NCBI GenBank assembly: GCA_016794925.1
Contig: JAEUIW010000014.1
Location: 214-64,213 of the forward strand
Reading direction: 5' to 3'
DNA length: 64,000 bases
Source of the DNA: Phycisphaerae bacterium
GTDB lineage: Bacteria > Planctomycetota > Phycisphaerae > Phycisphaerales > UBA1924
Shown here: piece after piece, positions 1-11,000 of the stretch
How positions within the stretch are numbered: the first letter of the stretch is position 1
Layout: each line of letters starts with the position of its first letter
The notes under the pieces: generated by a model
The model's input: the letters and a program-made list of their open reading frames with translations, nothing else
Databases searched by the model: none
What the model was told of the DNA's origin: nothing
Program-made: the position numbers and the translations under genes

Positions 1-9
1 GACCGGAGC

Positions 10-423
10 TTATCCGGCGGCGGCGATTGCCGCGGCGGGGGCGCCGATGCGGAAGGCGCCCGAGAGGATGGTGGCGCCGGGGCGGATCTCGACGGCGGGG
101 GCGGAGAGGTTGCCGCGCCAGGTGGCGCCGGGTCCGATGAGGACGGGCCCGCCGGAGGTCACGTCGGCATCGATGGAGCCGAGGACCTCGACGCCGTCGG
201 CGGCCTCGATGCGGAGGCTGCGGAGGGCGCCGCCGGGGTACACCAGCACGCGGCCGCAGGTCTGGATGCTGCCGCCCCAGCGGGTGTTGCGGACGACCAC
301 GTCCGTGACTGAGACCTGGCGGTGGCAGCGCGGGCAGGAGGCGCTGATGCTGGGGGCGGGGACCTCGAACCGGCCCGTGCAGCGCACGCACACGACTTGT
401 CGGGTCCCCGGTCCGCTGGGCAT
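10..423 (-). CDS. bactofilin-like protein with N-terminal zinc ribbon
   Basis: C-terminal 137 aa of track ORF 10..1167, starting at the in-frame ATG (cat at 421-423). N-terminus has CVRC...CPRC (4-Cys ribbon). It is followed by a bactofilin-type beta-helix pattern (V.V.G.I.A.V.SGG.V.I..GA...G.L.A..V.I..GA). The upstream part of the track ORF is Arg/Pro-rich junk overlapping the next gene. Confidence 0.6.
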   Translation of the reverse strand: MPSGPGTRQVVCVRCTGRFEVPAPSISASCPRCHRQVSVTDVVVRNTRWGGSIQTCGRVLVYPGGALRSLRIEAADGVEVLGSIDADVTSGGPVLIGPGATWRGNLSAPAVEIRPGATILSGAFRIGAPAAAIAAAG

Positions 424-554
424 GTCGCATCGACCGACGCGCGCGGGCGTCGATCCCGATCGATGGGCCCGGCGGGCTCCGCCCGTCGCGGCTTGGTGAT
501 GGGGCGCCGGGCGCTCCGCGGCCGGCGGGACTCGCGGCGAAGGGGACGATCGAC

Positions 555-1130
555 TCAGGACGCCAGGGGCTCGTAGGTCTTGGCACCGGAGACGGTGATC
601 TCGGGAGTGGGAAGGGCGGGGGTGGACGGCGTGGCGGACGAGGCCGCCGCGGCGGTGGAGGTGAGCTTGGCGGTGCGCAACCAGTCGGGGCGGGCGGGAG
701 TGGATGGAGACGCCGGGGTGGCGGCGGCGGCGGTCCCGATGGTGGAGGACGCCCAGTCGGCGCGGGGGGCGCGGCCGATTTCGGCGGTGGCGCGCGGCTC
801 GGCGGTGCGAGCGGTGAGGGCCTCGGGGCCGACGCGGCAGTGTCCGGAGAAGGAAGCGCCCTCGGCGACGATGAGGGTTCGGGCGACGATGTCGCCGGTG
901 ACACGGGCCGTGGAGGCCAGCTCGGCGCGGTCGCGTGCGATCAGGTCGCCGTCGAGCGCGCCCTCGATGCGCACCACGCTGGCATCGACGGTGGCGCGGC
1001 AGGTGCCGGACTCGCCGACCTCGAGCTCGCCCTTGGCGAAGATCTTGCCCTCGAAGGTGCCGAGGATGCGCACGGAGCGCTCGAAGGTCATCTCGCCCTT
1101 GATCTGCGTGTCGGGGCTGATGATGGTCAT
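555..1130 (-). CDS. bactofilin family polymer-forming cytoskeletal protein (DUF583/CcmA-like) with Pro/Ala/Thr-rich tail
   Basis: Start at MTIISPDTQIKGEMTFERSVRILGTFEGKIFAKGELEV... (cat at 1128-1130). Typical bactofilin repeats (G.I.A...L.V.E.G......V.A..V.I.G...G.I). Low-complexity C-terminal tail. Confidence 0.75.
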   Translation of the reverse strand: MTIISPDTQIKGEMTFERSVRILGTFEGKIFAKGELEVGESGTCRATVDASVVRIEGALDGDLIARDRAELASTARVTGDIVARTLIVAEGASFSGHCRVGPEALTARTAEPRATAEIGRAPRADWASSTIGTAAAATPASPSTPARPDWLRTAKLTSTAAAASSATPSTPALPTPEITVSGAKTYEPLAS

Positions 1131-1407
1131 CTGCTCGTTGGACGGGTGGGATTGGGGCACGGTGCACTCCTTGCGGCTGGGGCGCGTCCCTCCGGGACGC
1201 GAATCACTGCGACGACGGCCCGTCGGACCCTCCGCGCGAGCCACGTCCGGTTATCGGCCGGTCGGGCGGGAAGTCCGTACTTTGGGAGGGCGGATCAGGG
1301 TCGCAGCGAGATCTGGAGCGGGGATCGATCATTCCCTGAAAACGGGGAAACGATTTCGGTCAGGCTGGGCGCTCGCAGGGGGAGGAGATAAGGGGGAGGT
1401 GTGCGAG

Positions 1408-2016
1408 TCAACGTTCGCGGAGGAAGTACGCCATCCACGCGTACTCGTCCTTCTGGACGACGACGGGGATCCAGATGGTGGCATTGTCGGAGTAGAACGC
1501 GTCGGCGCGGCGCTCGCGGTTGAGGCGATCGGTGATGGTGCCGGTGCGCCACTCGTTGACGGGCTCCTGCTCGATGGAGTCGGCCTTGCCGGTGTAGGTG
1601 CTGGTCCAGATGACCGTGGTGGCGCCGACGCGGCGCGCGAACTGCTCGAGCTGCGGGTCGGAGGGGCGGACGCGGCTGGTGGTGCGGAACTCGGACCTGC
1701 CCAGCACCTGGACGGCGGCGGGATCGCTGGTGATCTGCAAGCCGCGCAGGAGCCGGGCGTGCGCATCGGCGCGCTGGGCGGGGCTCCAGTCGTCGGGGTG
1801 GACGTCGCTGGAGGCGACCTGGGCCCGCAGCTCGCCGAGGGCGCCCTGGAGGCGCTCCCAGGGGACCTCACGCAACCGGACAGCCGCGTCCCGGGCGAGG
1901 GGCGGGGCGGGAGCGCCGTTGCTCTTGAATTCGGACTCCCAGAGAGAAGGAGAACAGCCGGGCACGATGCCCGGCGCGAGCAGCAGCACGATGAACGCCG
2001 TCGATCGAACACGCAT
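1408..2016 (-). CDS. hypothetical lipoprotein
   Basis: Internal ATG (cat at 2014-2016) gives MRVRSTAFIVLLLAPGIVPGCSP, a signal peptide plus lipobox Cys. The rest has normal (not Arg/Pro-skewed) composition. Confidence 0.6.
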   Translation of the reverse strand: MRVRSTAFIVLLLAPGIVPGCSPSLWESEFKSNGAPAPPLARDAAVRLREVPWERLQGALGELRAQVASSDVHPDDWSPAQRADAHARLLRGLQITSDPAAVQVLGRSEFRTTSRVRPSDPQLEQFARRVGATTVIWTSTYTGKADSIEQEPVNEWRTGTITDRLNRERRADAFYSDNATIWIPVVVQKDEYAWMAYFLRER

Positions 2017-2227
2017 GCGAATCTCCGTCGCGGCGGCGGGCGGGAACGGGCGCATCCCGCACGCGGCGCGCCGTAGGACCGAATGGGTCGGAAGCCCGGG
2101 CGTGATTCCCGGACGATCGGCGCGGGCACGAGGAGCGTATGAGCGCCGGGGAAAGGGCGGGAGAGGGGCGGATGATGTTGCGGCGCGGACAATGGGCGGG
2201 CCCCGCACGGGGCGAGGGCGCGGTGAC

Positions 2228-3061
2228 TCACGGCGGCTGGAGGAGCGCCCAGTGCTTGGCCTTGGTGCGCACGGGGATGCCGAGCATGGAGGCGGTCTCG
2301 TCGGCCTGCTCCAGCACGGATCCGAGCGCGGGCGCGAGCCAGGCGCGGGTGACGGTGCGCACCTTGACCGAGCCGAGATCGGCGGTGAGCGTCATGCGGA
2401 TGACCGAGGCATCGAAGCCCGCGGCCCCGAGGCGCACGCGCTGCGTGCCCTCGAAGACAATCTCCTGGGTCGCGGGACCCTCCATGCGGACGCGGCCGCG
2501 ATCCTCAAGCGGCCGGACGGTCATGCGCAGCGACTGGCGGAACGGCGTCGCGGCGCGCAGCGCCGCGGGCAGGAGCACCATCGGCGGTGCGAATTCGGTT
2601 ACCACCCCGTCGTCGTGCTCGATGGTCTCGACGAGGGCCACGGAGCCGTCGGCGGCCCGCTCCAGGATCTGATCCGCGACCGGCGTCGAGTTGCCCCCGG
2701 CGCACGAGGCGCGCGATTCGCGCCAGCGACCCGGCCCGGATCGGACCGCGTCCAGGCCCACGCGCGTGACGTGATGCGAGGCCACGGTGGGGTCCGCGAA
2801 CTCCCCGCCGTACGGCACATAGGTCGAACGATCGGGCGCGGCGGTGAACAGCTCGCCGCCGACCTCGCCCAGGGGATCGCGGCGCGGCCCCGCTTCGCGG
2901 GCAACCGCGCCGACGAGTGGCCCGCCGCCGGGACCCGGGGCGTCCGATCGGCGCGCGCCGACGCACCCGGAGAGACTCAGGGCGAGGGCCAGAAGCGGGA
3001 TGAGCGGCCGGCGGTGAAAGTCCGGGCTCCGGCGAGAAATGGTCCGATATACTCGAATCAT
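2228..3061 (-). CDS. hypothetical lipoprotein
   Basis: Start MIRVYRTISRRSPDFHRRPLIPLLALALSLSGC (cat at 3059-3061). Arg-rich n-region, hydrophobic core and lipobox LSGC. Confidence 0.6.
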   Translation of the reverse strand: MIRVYRTISRRSPDFHRRPLIPLLALALSLSGCVGARRSDAPGPGGGPLVGAVAREAGPRRDPLGEVGGELFTAAPDRSTYVPYGGEFADPTVASHHVTRVGLDAVRSGPGRWRESRASCAGGNSTPVADQILERAADGSVALVETIEHDDGVVTEFAPPMVLLPAALRAATPFRQSLRMTVRPLEDRGRVRMEGPATQEIVFEGTQRVRLGAAGFDASVIRMTLTADLGSVKVRTVTRAWLAPALGSVLEQADETASMLGIPVRTKAKHWALLQPP

Positions 3062-3956
3062 GGATGCGCGTCGCCGCCAGCGTAGGAAGTCGGGCCGGAC
3101 CTTTGCGGGCGTGCTCGCGGCGACGCTGCCCGCCGGCGCGGGCGGCCTGGCGGGGTGCGAGGCGCTGGAGGCGGCCAAGAACGGGGAGTCGATCCTGGCG
3201 ATCTTCGCGCAGCCGACGCCGGCCGAAGCGGCGGTGGACTCGATCAACCCGTACGACGCGGACAAGCGTGCCCGCGGCACCACGCTGCTGCTCAATGCGC
3301 CCTTCGGGGGTGAGGGCCCGTACCTGAAGGTCTACCGGCAGCACCTCTCGGACCCGGATCCCGCGGTGCGCGCCGTGGCGGCGCGGGCGCTGGGGCGTCA
3401 CGGCGCGCCCGAGCACGTCCCGCTGCTCGCGCCGCTGCTGGACGACGAGGACCGGGGCGTGCGCTTCGAGGCGGCCCGGTCGCTGCAGCGCCTGCACAAC
3501 GAGTCGGGGATCGATGCGCTGGTGAACGCGTCGGACATCCGCAAGGAGCCGGACCCCGATGTCCGCGCGGAGGCGTGCACGGCGCTGGGGCAGTACGCGG
3601 ATCCGCGGGTGCTGAACTCGCTGATCGCGTCGCTGGACGACGAGCACCTTTCGGTGTCGATGGCGGCGCTGGAGTCGCTGCGCACCCTCACGGGGCAGGA
3701 TCTGCCGGACCGGCCCAAGGACTGGCTGGCGTGGCGCGAATCGACCACGGCACCGTTCGCGGGGCGCCGGCCGTACGTGTACCCGGTCTTCTCTCGGGAT
3801 CGGGAATGGGTGGAGTATCTGCCGTTCGTGCCGGGTCCGCCCAATGAGACCGCTGCCGCGCCCGTCGGGATGCCGCCGGCCGCGGGATCACCCCTTCCCG
3901 CTCCCGTTCCCGCGACGCCTTCCAGTACGCCGACGAAGTCACCGCCGCCGCGCTAG
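3060..3956 (+). CDS. HEAT-repeat (PBS-lyase-like) lipoprotein
   Basis: MDARRRQRRKSGRTFAGVLAATLPAGAGGLAGC lipoprotein signal. Repeated D.D..VR..AA.ALG motifs (DPDPAVRAVAARALG, DEDRGVRFEAARSL, DPDVRAEACTALG) typical of HEAT_2 repeats. Alternative ATG at 3039. Confidence 0.7.
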   Translation: MDARRRQRRKSGRTFAGVLAATLPAGAGGLAGCEALEAAKNGESILAIFAQPTPAEAAVDSINPYDADKRARGTTLLLNAPFGGEGPYLKVYRQHLSDPDPAVRAVAARALGRHGAPEHVPLLAPLLDDEDRGVRFEAARSLQRLHNESGIDALVNASDIRKEPDPDVRAEACTALGQYADPRVLNSLIASLDDEHLSVSMAALESLRTLTGQDLPDRPKDWLAWRESTTAPFAGRRPYVYPVFSRDREWVEYLPFVPGPPNETAAAPVGMPPAAGSPLPAPVPATPSSTPTKSPPPR

Positions 3957-3989
3957 CCGTGCCGGCGAGCCGGACGCAAGGAACCCGAC

Positions 3990-4970
3990 GTGCGCGCACT
4001 GCTGCTGGATTCCCGCGCATGGTTGGACCCCCGCACGGCCGATCCGGTCGCGTCCGCGGGCGATGCGCTGATCCGCGTGCGGCGTGTGGTGCTGACGCGG
4101 CGCGAGACGCTGGCGGCGCCGTCCTGCGCACCCCCGATCCCGGGCCGCTGCTTCGTGGGCACGGTTGAACGTGCGCCGGCGGCGCGCCCGGCGTGGGCGG
4201 GCGTGCGGGTGGTGGGGATGGCGTCGGTGGCGTGCTCGACGTGCGACGCTTGCCGAGCCGGCCTTGGCGCGCACTGCCCGGCACGCACCGTCCCCGGGCT
4301 CACCCGCCCGGGCGCGGCGGCCGATCTCATCGCGCTGCCCGCGCACGCCTTGGCGCCGGTACCGGATACGCTGGACGACGATCGCGCGGCGTTCGGGGCG
4401 CTGGCGGCGTCCGCCGCGCACGCGGCGAGCCTGCTGCGGGTGCAGGGCAAGACGTACATCACGGTGCTCGGGGACGGCCCGCTGGGGCTGCTCACGGCGC
4501 AGGCGCTGGCGCGGTTGAACGCGTCGGTGCGTCTGCTGGGACGGCGCGAGGCGCGGTTCTCGTTGTGCGAGAAGTGGGGCATCAAGCACCGGCACGAATC
4601 GGAGGCGGGGCGGCGGGCCGATCAGGACATCGTCGTGGACTGCACGGGCTCGGTGGGTGGGCTGGACCTGGCGCTGCGGCTGGTTCGGCCGCGGGGCAAG
4701 ATCGTGGTGAAGCCGCTGGCGCCCCGCGCCGACGAGCCGAAGGGGCTGGAGCGTGCCGCGCTGGCCCGCCTGATCGACAACGAGGTGGAAGTCCTCGGCT
4801 CCCGGGATGGTCAGCTGGCCGACGGCCTCGGCCTCCTGTCGCGCGGGCAGATCGACCCGCTGCCGCTCATTTCGCGGCGTGTCGGCCTGGCCGATGCGCC
4901 GGCGGCGGTGGAGCACCTTCGGTTGGGCGACCCCGTTTGCGCCCTGATCGACCCGACGCCCCGGACGTGA
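3990..4970 (+). CDS. zinc-dependent medium-chain dehydrogenase/reductase (alcohol dehydrogenase superfamily)
   Basis: Structural-zinc motif CSTCDACRAGLGAHC (CX2CX2CX7C). Rossmann-like VLGDGPLGLL. MDR-type length and layout. Confidence 0.75.
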   Translation: MRALLLDSRAWLDPRTADPVASAGDALIRVRRVVLTRRETLAAPSCAPPIPGRCFVGTVERAPAARPAWAGVRVVGMASVACSTCDACRAGLGAHCPARTVPGLTRPGAAADLIALPAHALAPVPDTLDDDRAAFGALAASAAHAASLLRVQGKTYITVLGDGPLGLLTAQALARLNASVRLLGRREARFSLCEKWGIKHRHESEAGRRADQDIVVDCTGSVGGLDLALRLVRPRGKIVVKPLAPRADEPKGLERAALARLIDNEVEVLGSRDGQLADGLGLLSRGQIDPLPLISRRVGLADAPAAVEHLRLGDPVCALIDPTPRT

Positions 4971-5010
4971 GTGGCGGCCGCGAGTTCCGCGCGACGATCG
5001 CGCCGGCGTG

Positions 5011-5043
5011 AATGAAAAAGGGCCCGCCATCGATGGCGGGCCC
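5011..5043 (-). terminator. rho-independent terminator of the giant gene, between convergent genes
   Basis: 24-bp perfect palindrome GGGCCCGCCATCGATGGCGGGCCC at 5020-5043. On the minus strand it is followed immediately by TTTTTCATT (A-run 5015-5019 on plus). Lies 29 nt downstream of the stop of the 5072..14683 gene. Confidence 0.7.
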
Positions 5044-5071
5044 GGGGAACGCGAGGAGCGTCGGACGACGA

Positions 5072-8000
5072 TCAGCGCAGGGGCAGGATGCGCTGCAGCA
5101 GGCTGACGTCGGCCTGCAGGCCGAGGAAGAAGTTGGTGGAGCCGAGCAGGTCGGTGTTCGAGGAGATCTCGCGGGCGGTCGTGGAGAAGCGGTAGACGGC
5201 GCCGGCGGTCGGGATGTTGGGCACCGAGTCGGAGGCCATCACGTCCACGGGGGGGGCGGTGGTGCCGGCCGGGGACACAAAGACCTCCTGCAATCGGAGG
5301 CCGAGCAGCTCGCCGATGCGACGGGCGGACGCGGCGGTGAGCGACTGGACGAACTGATCGATGCCCACCTTGCCGGGGTTGTACTGGAGCACCGACAGGG
5401 CGGGGATGAAGACGACCGCCTGATCGTTGCGGTCGGCGTTGAACGCGTCGGCACGTTGGCTGGCGCCGAAGGTCTGGTTGTCGAAGAACGCCGGGGGCTC
5501 GTTTGAGCCGGTGAGCACGAGGGTCGAGAAGTCCTGGTTCTCGAACTGGGCGACGTTGGTGGAGAGAACGACGTTGACGCCGGCGTCGCGGAAGAGCGTG
5601 TTCAGCGCGGTGATGGTGTTGTTGAGGACGTAGGTGTCGACGGCGACGCCGCTGATGAACCCGCTGAAGCCGACGCCCGAGGTGGTGTAGGAACGGAGCG
5701 AGGTCGTGATGTTGCGTCCGGCCTCGATCCAGTTGATCGAGCCGCCGCGGGTCTCGATGAAGATGTTCTGCGGCTGGACGGAATAGGTGTCGACGCCGAG
5801 GGTGCGGATCTCGAGGGTGTAGTCCGAACGGAGCACGCCCTGGACGTAGAGGGCGAGGCGCGCCGGCACGGAACCGGCGATGCCCTGGCGGGGCGGCGCG
5901 ATGAACTCGATGAAGAAATCGCCGTTCTCGTCGTACCCGTAGTGATTGGAGAGGTCGGAGCCGGTGACGGCTTTGGGCGTGCCGGAGACGGCCTTGAAGG
6001 CGGACGGGGCCGCGATGAGCTGGGCGTCGCCCACGCCGGTGGCGCTGGTGGTCTCGAAGACGGCCATCTGGACGGCGCCGCGGAAATCCGGGATGCGGAA
6101 GACGACGTTCTCGCCCAGGCGCTCGCGGAGCGGGGTGATGTACCCGAGGTTGGATCCGAACTCGTTGAGGCGCATGGTGGCGCGGATGCGCGTGCCGGGG
6201 ACGATCGGGTCGCCGTTGTTGAGGCGGTAGACGTCGACGTCGGACTGCACCTGGGAGGGCACGCCCGACGCGCCGCCCTGGCCGATGGCGCCGGCGACGA
6301 ACGAGACGATCTGGTCGTCGCCGGTGGTGGCGCCGGAGGCGAAGACGCCGTCGGGCCCGGCGCGACGCTCGCTGAAGATGCCACCGCCGTTGGAACCACT
6401 GACGACCCACGTGGCCTCGGTCGGGCCGTCGCGGAAGAGGGTGTAGGTGTAGCTGCCCCGGACGATGGTGTCCCCGGAGCCGAACTGGGACGCGCTCGGG
6501 GGCGTGCCGACCACGACGCCGTCGCCGGAGTCGGTGTCGCCGGCGAAGCCGGTGTCGGCGTCGTCGAAGACCTCGATGGTGAACGAGTAGGTGCCGGTGC
6601 TGGCCCCCTCGGGGGGGACGTTGTACACGGAGTTGTCGCCGAAATTGACTTGCTGTGACGATCCGGTGTCGGTCAGGCTGCCGGCGACGATGACGAAGTA
6701 AGTGCCGGTCTCGCGGACGAGGTACTCGTCACGCAGCGTGATGTCGTCGTAGCCGGCGGGCTGGACCGGCAGGCTGAGGAGTTCGGGGTTGTTGATCAGC
6801 GAGGGGGTGAGGCCCGCGGTTCCGTTGAACGCGTTGCCGCTGGCGACCACGCGCTGGGCCTCGCTCGCGGCGCCCTCCAGCTTGCCCAGCCGCAGGATCT
6901 GGCCCGCCCGCAGGAAGATCTGGTAGAGGTCCACGTCGCCGCCGGTGCGGAAGAAGACGGGATCGGAGTCGGGGTGATCGCCGATGGCGCCCTTGATCGT
7001 GTAGGGCTTGTTGGTGTCGGGGAGGCCGTCCTGCGAGGCGGGCCCGTCCATGACCAGGTTGAGGTCGGCGGCGGGGTAGAAGTCCACGCGCAGGCCGCCG
7101 TTGTTTCCGATGAAGCCGTTCCCGCCCTTGTCGCCGGCGTCACCGACCACCTGGTTGGCGATGTAGTCGTCTGTGTCGCCCGCGGCCTGACCGTCCGAGT
7201 TGCCGTCGAGACGGTTGCGCTGGGACTGGCCGCGGAGGATGGCGGCGTCGATGGTGAAGCGGTAAGTGCCCGGCCCGGGAACGCCCGGCGCCTGGGGCAG
7301 GTCGCGGCGCGTGACGTCGGGCGAGAAGGTGACCAGGGCCGAGTTCGAGGCGGGGTCGTAGCGGAGGGTGTAGTCGGACCCCTCGGCCAGGCCGACGGTG
7401 AGGGCCCCGCCGTTGCGGACCTCCGCGACGGTGAGCGCGGGGGAGATGGTGCTCTGGGTGACGGGCTGGTTGAAGACGATCGCGGCGGTCCAGATGTTGC
7501 TGTCCTCGCCGACCTCGAGGCGAGCGACCTCGACGGGGAAGGGATCGGCGCCCACACGCACGACGGCGAAGTTGCCCGAGGCGTTGAACGCGGCCCCGCC
7601 CACGGTGACGGCGCCGATGGTGCCCGTGGAGCTGACGCGGTACGACTCGGAGTTGAGCCCCGAGCCGACGTTGCCGCCCGTGACGATGACGTTGCCGATG
7701 CTGGAACGGCCGTCGTCGGCCACGTCGTCGGGCGTGCCGAGGAACCCGTCCGCCCCGCGGGACACGCCCGCGGCGACGTCCGAGCGGGTGAAATCGCCGT
7801 TGATGGTCACCGGGCCGAGGGCGCCGTCGGTGACGCGGTCGGCCGCGTCGCCGAGACCGCCGAACGCGGCGTCGGAGCCGAGGTCCGCCCCGGCGTAGAT
7901 GTACGAATCGTCCGCGGTGCCGTTGACGACCACCGAGCCGATGCCGTCGCCGGTGGACAACCCGGCGCGGAACATGGCGCCCGAGACGTACGAGCCGAGG

Positions 8001-11000
8001 AAGAGGCCGACGCGCGACCGACCGCCGTCAACCCGACCGTTGATGGTCAGCGACCCGAGGTTGCGCGCGACGTTCACGATGCCCGCGTGCCGGCCGGTGA
8101 TGGTGATCGAGCCGCCGGCGCCGGCGGTGAGCTTGCTGGTCGCGGGCGCCAACGTGCCGTAGTCGCCGAAGATGGTCGCGGCCACGATGAAATTCGTGAG
8201 CATCGAGCCGCTGGTCATGGGCCCGGACACGAAGGTGGTGATGTCCATCCCCGAGCCGATGACGCCGGAGGTCTGAATGTACCCGAACCGCATCGTGCCG
8301 ACGTACCCGTCGGCGAAGAAGTTGGAGTTGCCGAAGATGCTGGGCTGGATGTCCATGAGGCCCAGCGACGAGCCGTCGTTGGTCAGGACGCTGAAGTTGG
8401 TGAGGGTGCCCGTGATCGCCTGCACGACGATCGTGGAGGCGGAGGTGGAGTTGATGATGTTGACGGTCTGCGTCGCCTGGGACCAGAACGCGCGGCCGGG
8501 GCCGGTGAAGAAGATGCGGGCCCGCTCGCCGGTGGCGGTGGTGATCTCCAGCCCGGCGGCGGGGATGAGGCCGGTGGCGGGGACGATCGGCGGGACCAGC
8601 GTGGTGTTGGACTGGTTCTGGCCCGGCCCGCCGCGGCGCAAGCCGGGGCTGGTGAAGCCCAGGCCGTTGTCGGCGTAGACGGACGATTGGGTGGGCGGCG
8701 CGCCCGCCACGACCACGGTGCCGATGCTCGATATGCCGTTTGCGAGCAGGTCGTCGCCGGTGTTGTAAACGCCGTCGAAGCCCGCGACCATGCCCGCGGA
8801 GATGGTGACGGCCCCAGTGCTCTTGCGGAACAGGATGGAGTTGATGCGGCCCCACTTGACGGTGTCGGTGTTGACGCCGACGCCGCCGGGACGACCGTCC
8901 CGGCCCAGGTCGATGATGCCGGCGTGGACGATGAGACCGCCGGCGAAGTCGCCGACCTCGATGGTGTCGATCGAGTCGCCCGCGACGATGAAGGAACCGC
9001 CCAGCCCCGGGGTGATGTCGTCGTTGAGGATCACGCCGTCGACGTAGATCCGGCCGATGGCCCAGCCGGCGACGATCGACGACTCCCACATCGAGCCCTT
9101 CTGGATGTTGACCAGACCGATGTTGCGTCCGGCGCGGATCTGCGGGCCCTGGAAGGTGGGCACCGGCGTGGCGCCCGGGGGGAGCTGGTTGCGGAGGTCG
9201 TCGAAACGGATGGCGTCGGACAGGTTGGGGTTGACGCCCATGTCGCCCCAGAAGCCGTTGGCGGCGGCCAGCACCTCCACGGCGAAGATGGTCCCGTCGG
9301 CGATGATGTCGCCCATCAGGTGCCCGCCGGTGATGGCGACGCGGACGATGTCGCCGTCGCGGGCGACGATCTGGTTGCCGGGCCGGAACGAGCCGTCGGT
9401 GATGAGGACGGTGCCGATGCCGCCCGACTCGCTGATGATCGAGCCGTCGAAGTCGCCGGTGATGACGAACGAGTTGATGCGCCCGAACGCGCGGAAGCTG
9501 GCGCGGGACACCAGGTCGTTGCCCGGCAGCGCGACGACGCGGCCGATGGTGATCACCCCGGTGATGCTGCCGCCCACGCGCACGTCGGCGTAGATCTGAC
9601 CGCGGGCGGTGATGGAGCCGAGGTTGCCCCTGACGTTGAGGGTGTCGAGCACCTCGCCGCCGCCGCCGCGCCCGCCCACGCTGCCGCCGCTGGTGACGGT
9701 GCCGACGTCGCGGGCGATGTCGAGGGACACCTGCAGGTCGCCGGCGGCCGAGAGCAGGCCGAGCGAGCCGTCGGAGGCGTCGGTGGTGGTGATGGTCGCG
9801 ATGATCTGCCCGCCCGTGCTCGTGATGGTCGCGATCGGTCCCGAGGCGCGGATGTTGCCGGTGAGGAACTGCCCGACCTGCACGAGGTCGATGCGGCCGT
9901 CGGGGCCCTCGCTGAAGATGTCCGTGCTGGTGATGCTCCCGCCGGCGATGATGCTGACGATCGCGCCCGCGGTGGTGATCGACGACGAGCGGATGTCGCC
10001 CGTGACGGCCAGCGACTCCAGCCGGCCGGTGGTGATGGTGCTGGCGCGGAGGTCGTTGAGCGCCACGATGGAGACCACGCGGTCGTCGAAGTCAATCTTG
10101 GACCGCACGATGTTCCGGGCCGTGAGGAGCGTGAGCAGCTGCCCGTGGACGTCGATCTCCAGGTCGGACATGTCGCCGATGACCTGGTTCTTCCCGCCGG
10201 TGCCCCCGGTGCCGCCGCCCGCGGGCGTGGTGCGGATGGTGCCGACGTCGCCGCTGGCGCGGATCTCGTTGAACCGGTACTCACGCCGCTCGCCGTCCTT
10301 GGTGGAGTTGCGGAACTCGTCGGCCGCGATCGAGATGATGTTCCCCTCGATCTCGACGCTCGACGCGTCGAAGGCCCCGCCCGCCACCGTGAGGTTCGTC
10401 AGGAGCGCGCCGTACACCTTCGAGCGGAGCAGGTCCGAGTTGACGAGGCGCAGGTTGGAGATCTCGCCCCGCGGGATGCGTGCGTCGGCCCGCTGCACCA
10501 GGCCGTAGAACCGCGCCGAGAGCCACCACGCGTCGAGCGTGGCCGCACCGAAGAACGCGCCGTCGACCCGTGCGTTGGTCATCGTGATCGGCCCCAGCCC
10601 GTTCACGATGCTCGTGCCGCTGCCGGGGGGCGAGACGTCGAGGTTCACGTTCGAGGCGAGGATCAGGCCGCTCATGACGACGCTGGCGATGCGGCCGCCG
10701 GCGATGATGGTCTGGATGTCGTTGTCGGCGAAGATGCCCGCCTGCGCGAGCGGGCTCGGGCCCGGGCCGCGCAGGCCGTCGCCCACGTCGATGCGGACGA
10801 TATCGAACGCGTAGATCACGCCCACGATGCCGTCGAAGCGGCCCACGGGGGTCACGCCGTCGCGGTTGACGATCAGCGACTGGATGAACGCCGTGGCGTC
10901 GCCGCCCTGCAGGACGATGTCCCCCACCGCCCCGCCGATCTCCGCCAGCGTCAGCGCGCCGGTGCGGATGACGATGCCGTTGAGGTAGCCGTTCAGGGGC

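Noticed and set aside
580-3085. Long plus-strand ORFs 580..2076 and 1598..3085, and minus ORF 1329..2231
   Set aside because: They overlap the bactofilin and lipoprotein genes, have shadow-ORF composition and carry no motifs.
3939-6410. 823-aa minus-strand ORF spanning the dehydrogenase gene and the end of the giant gene
   Set aside because: Arg/Pro/His-rich nonsense. It is out of frame with the giant gene and antisense to the well-supported MDR dehydrogenase.
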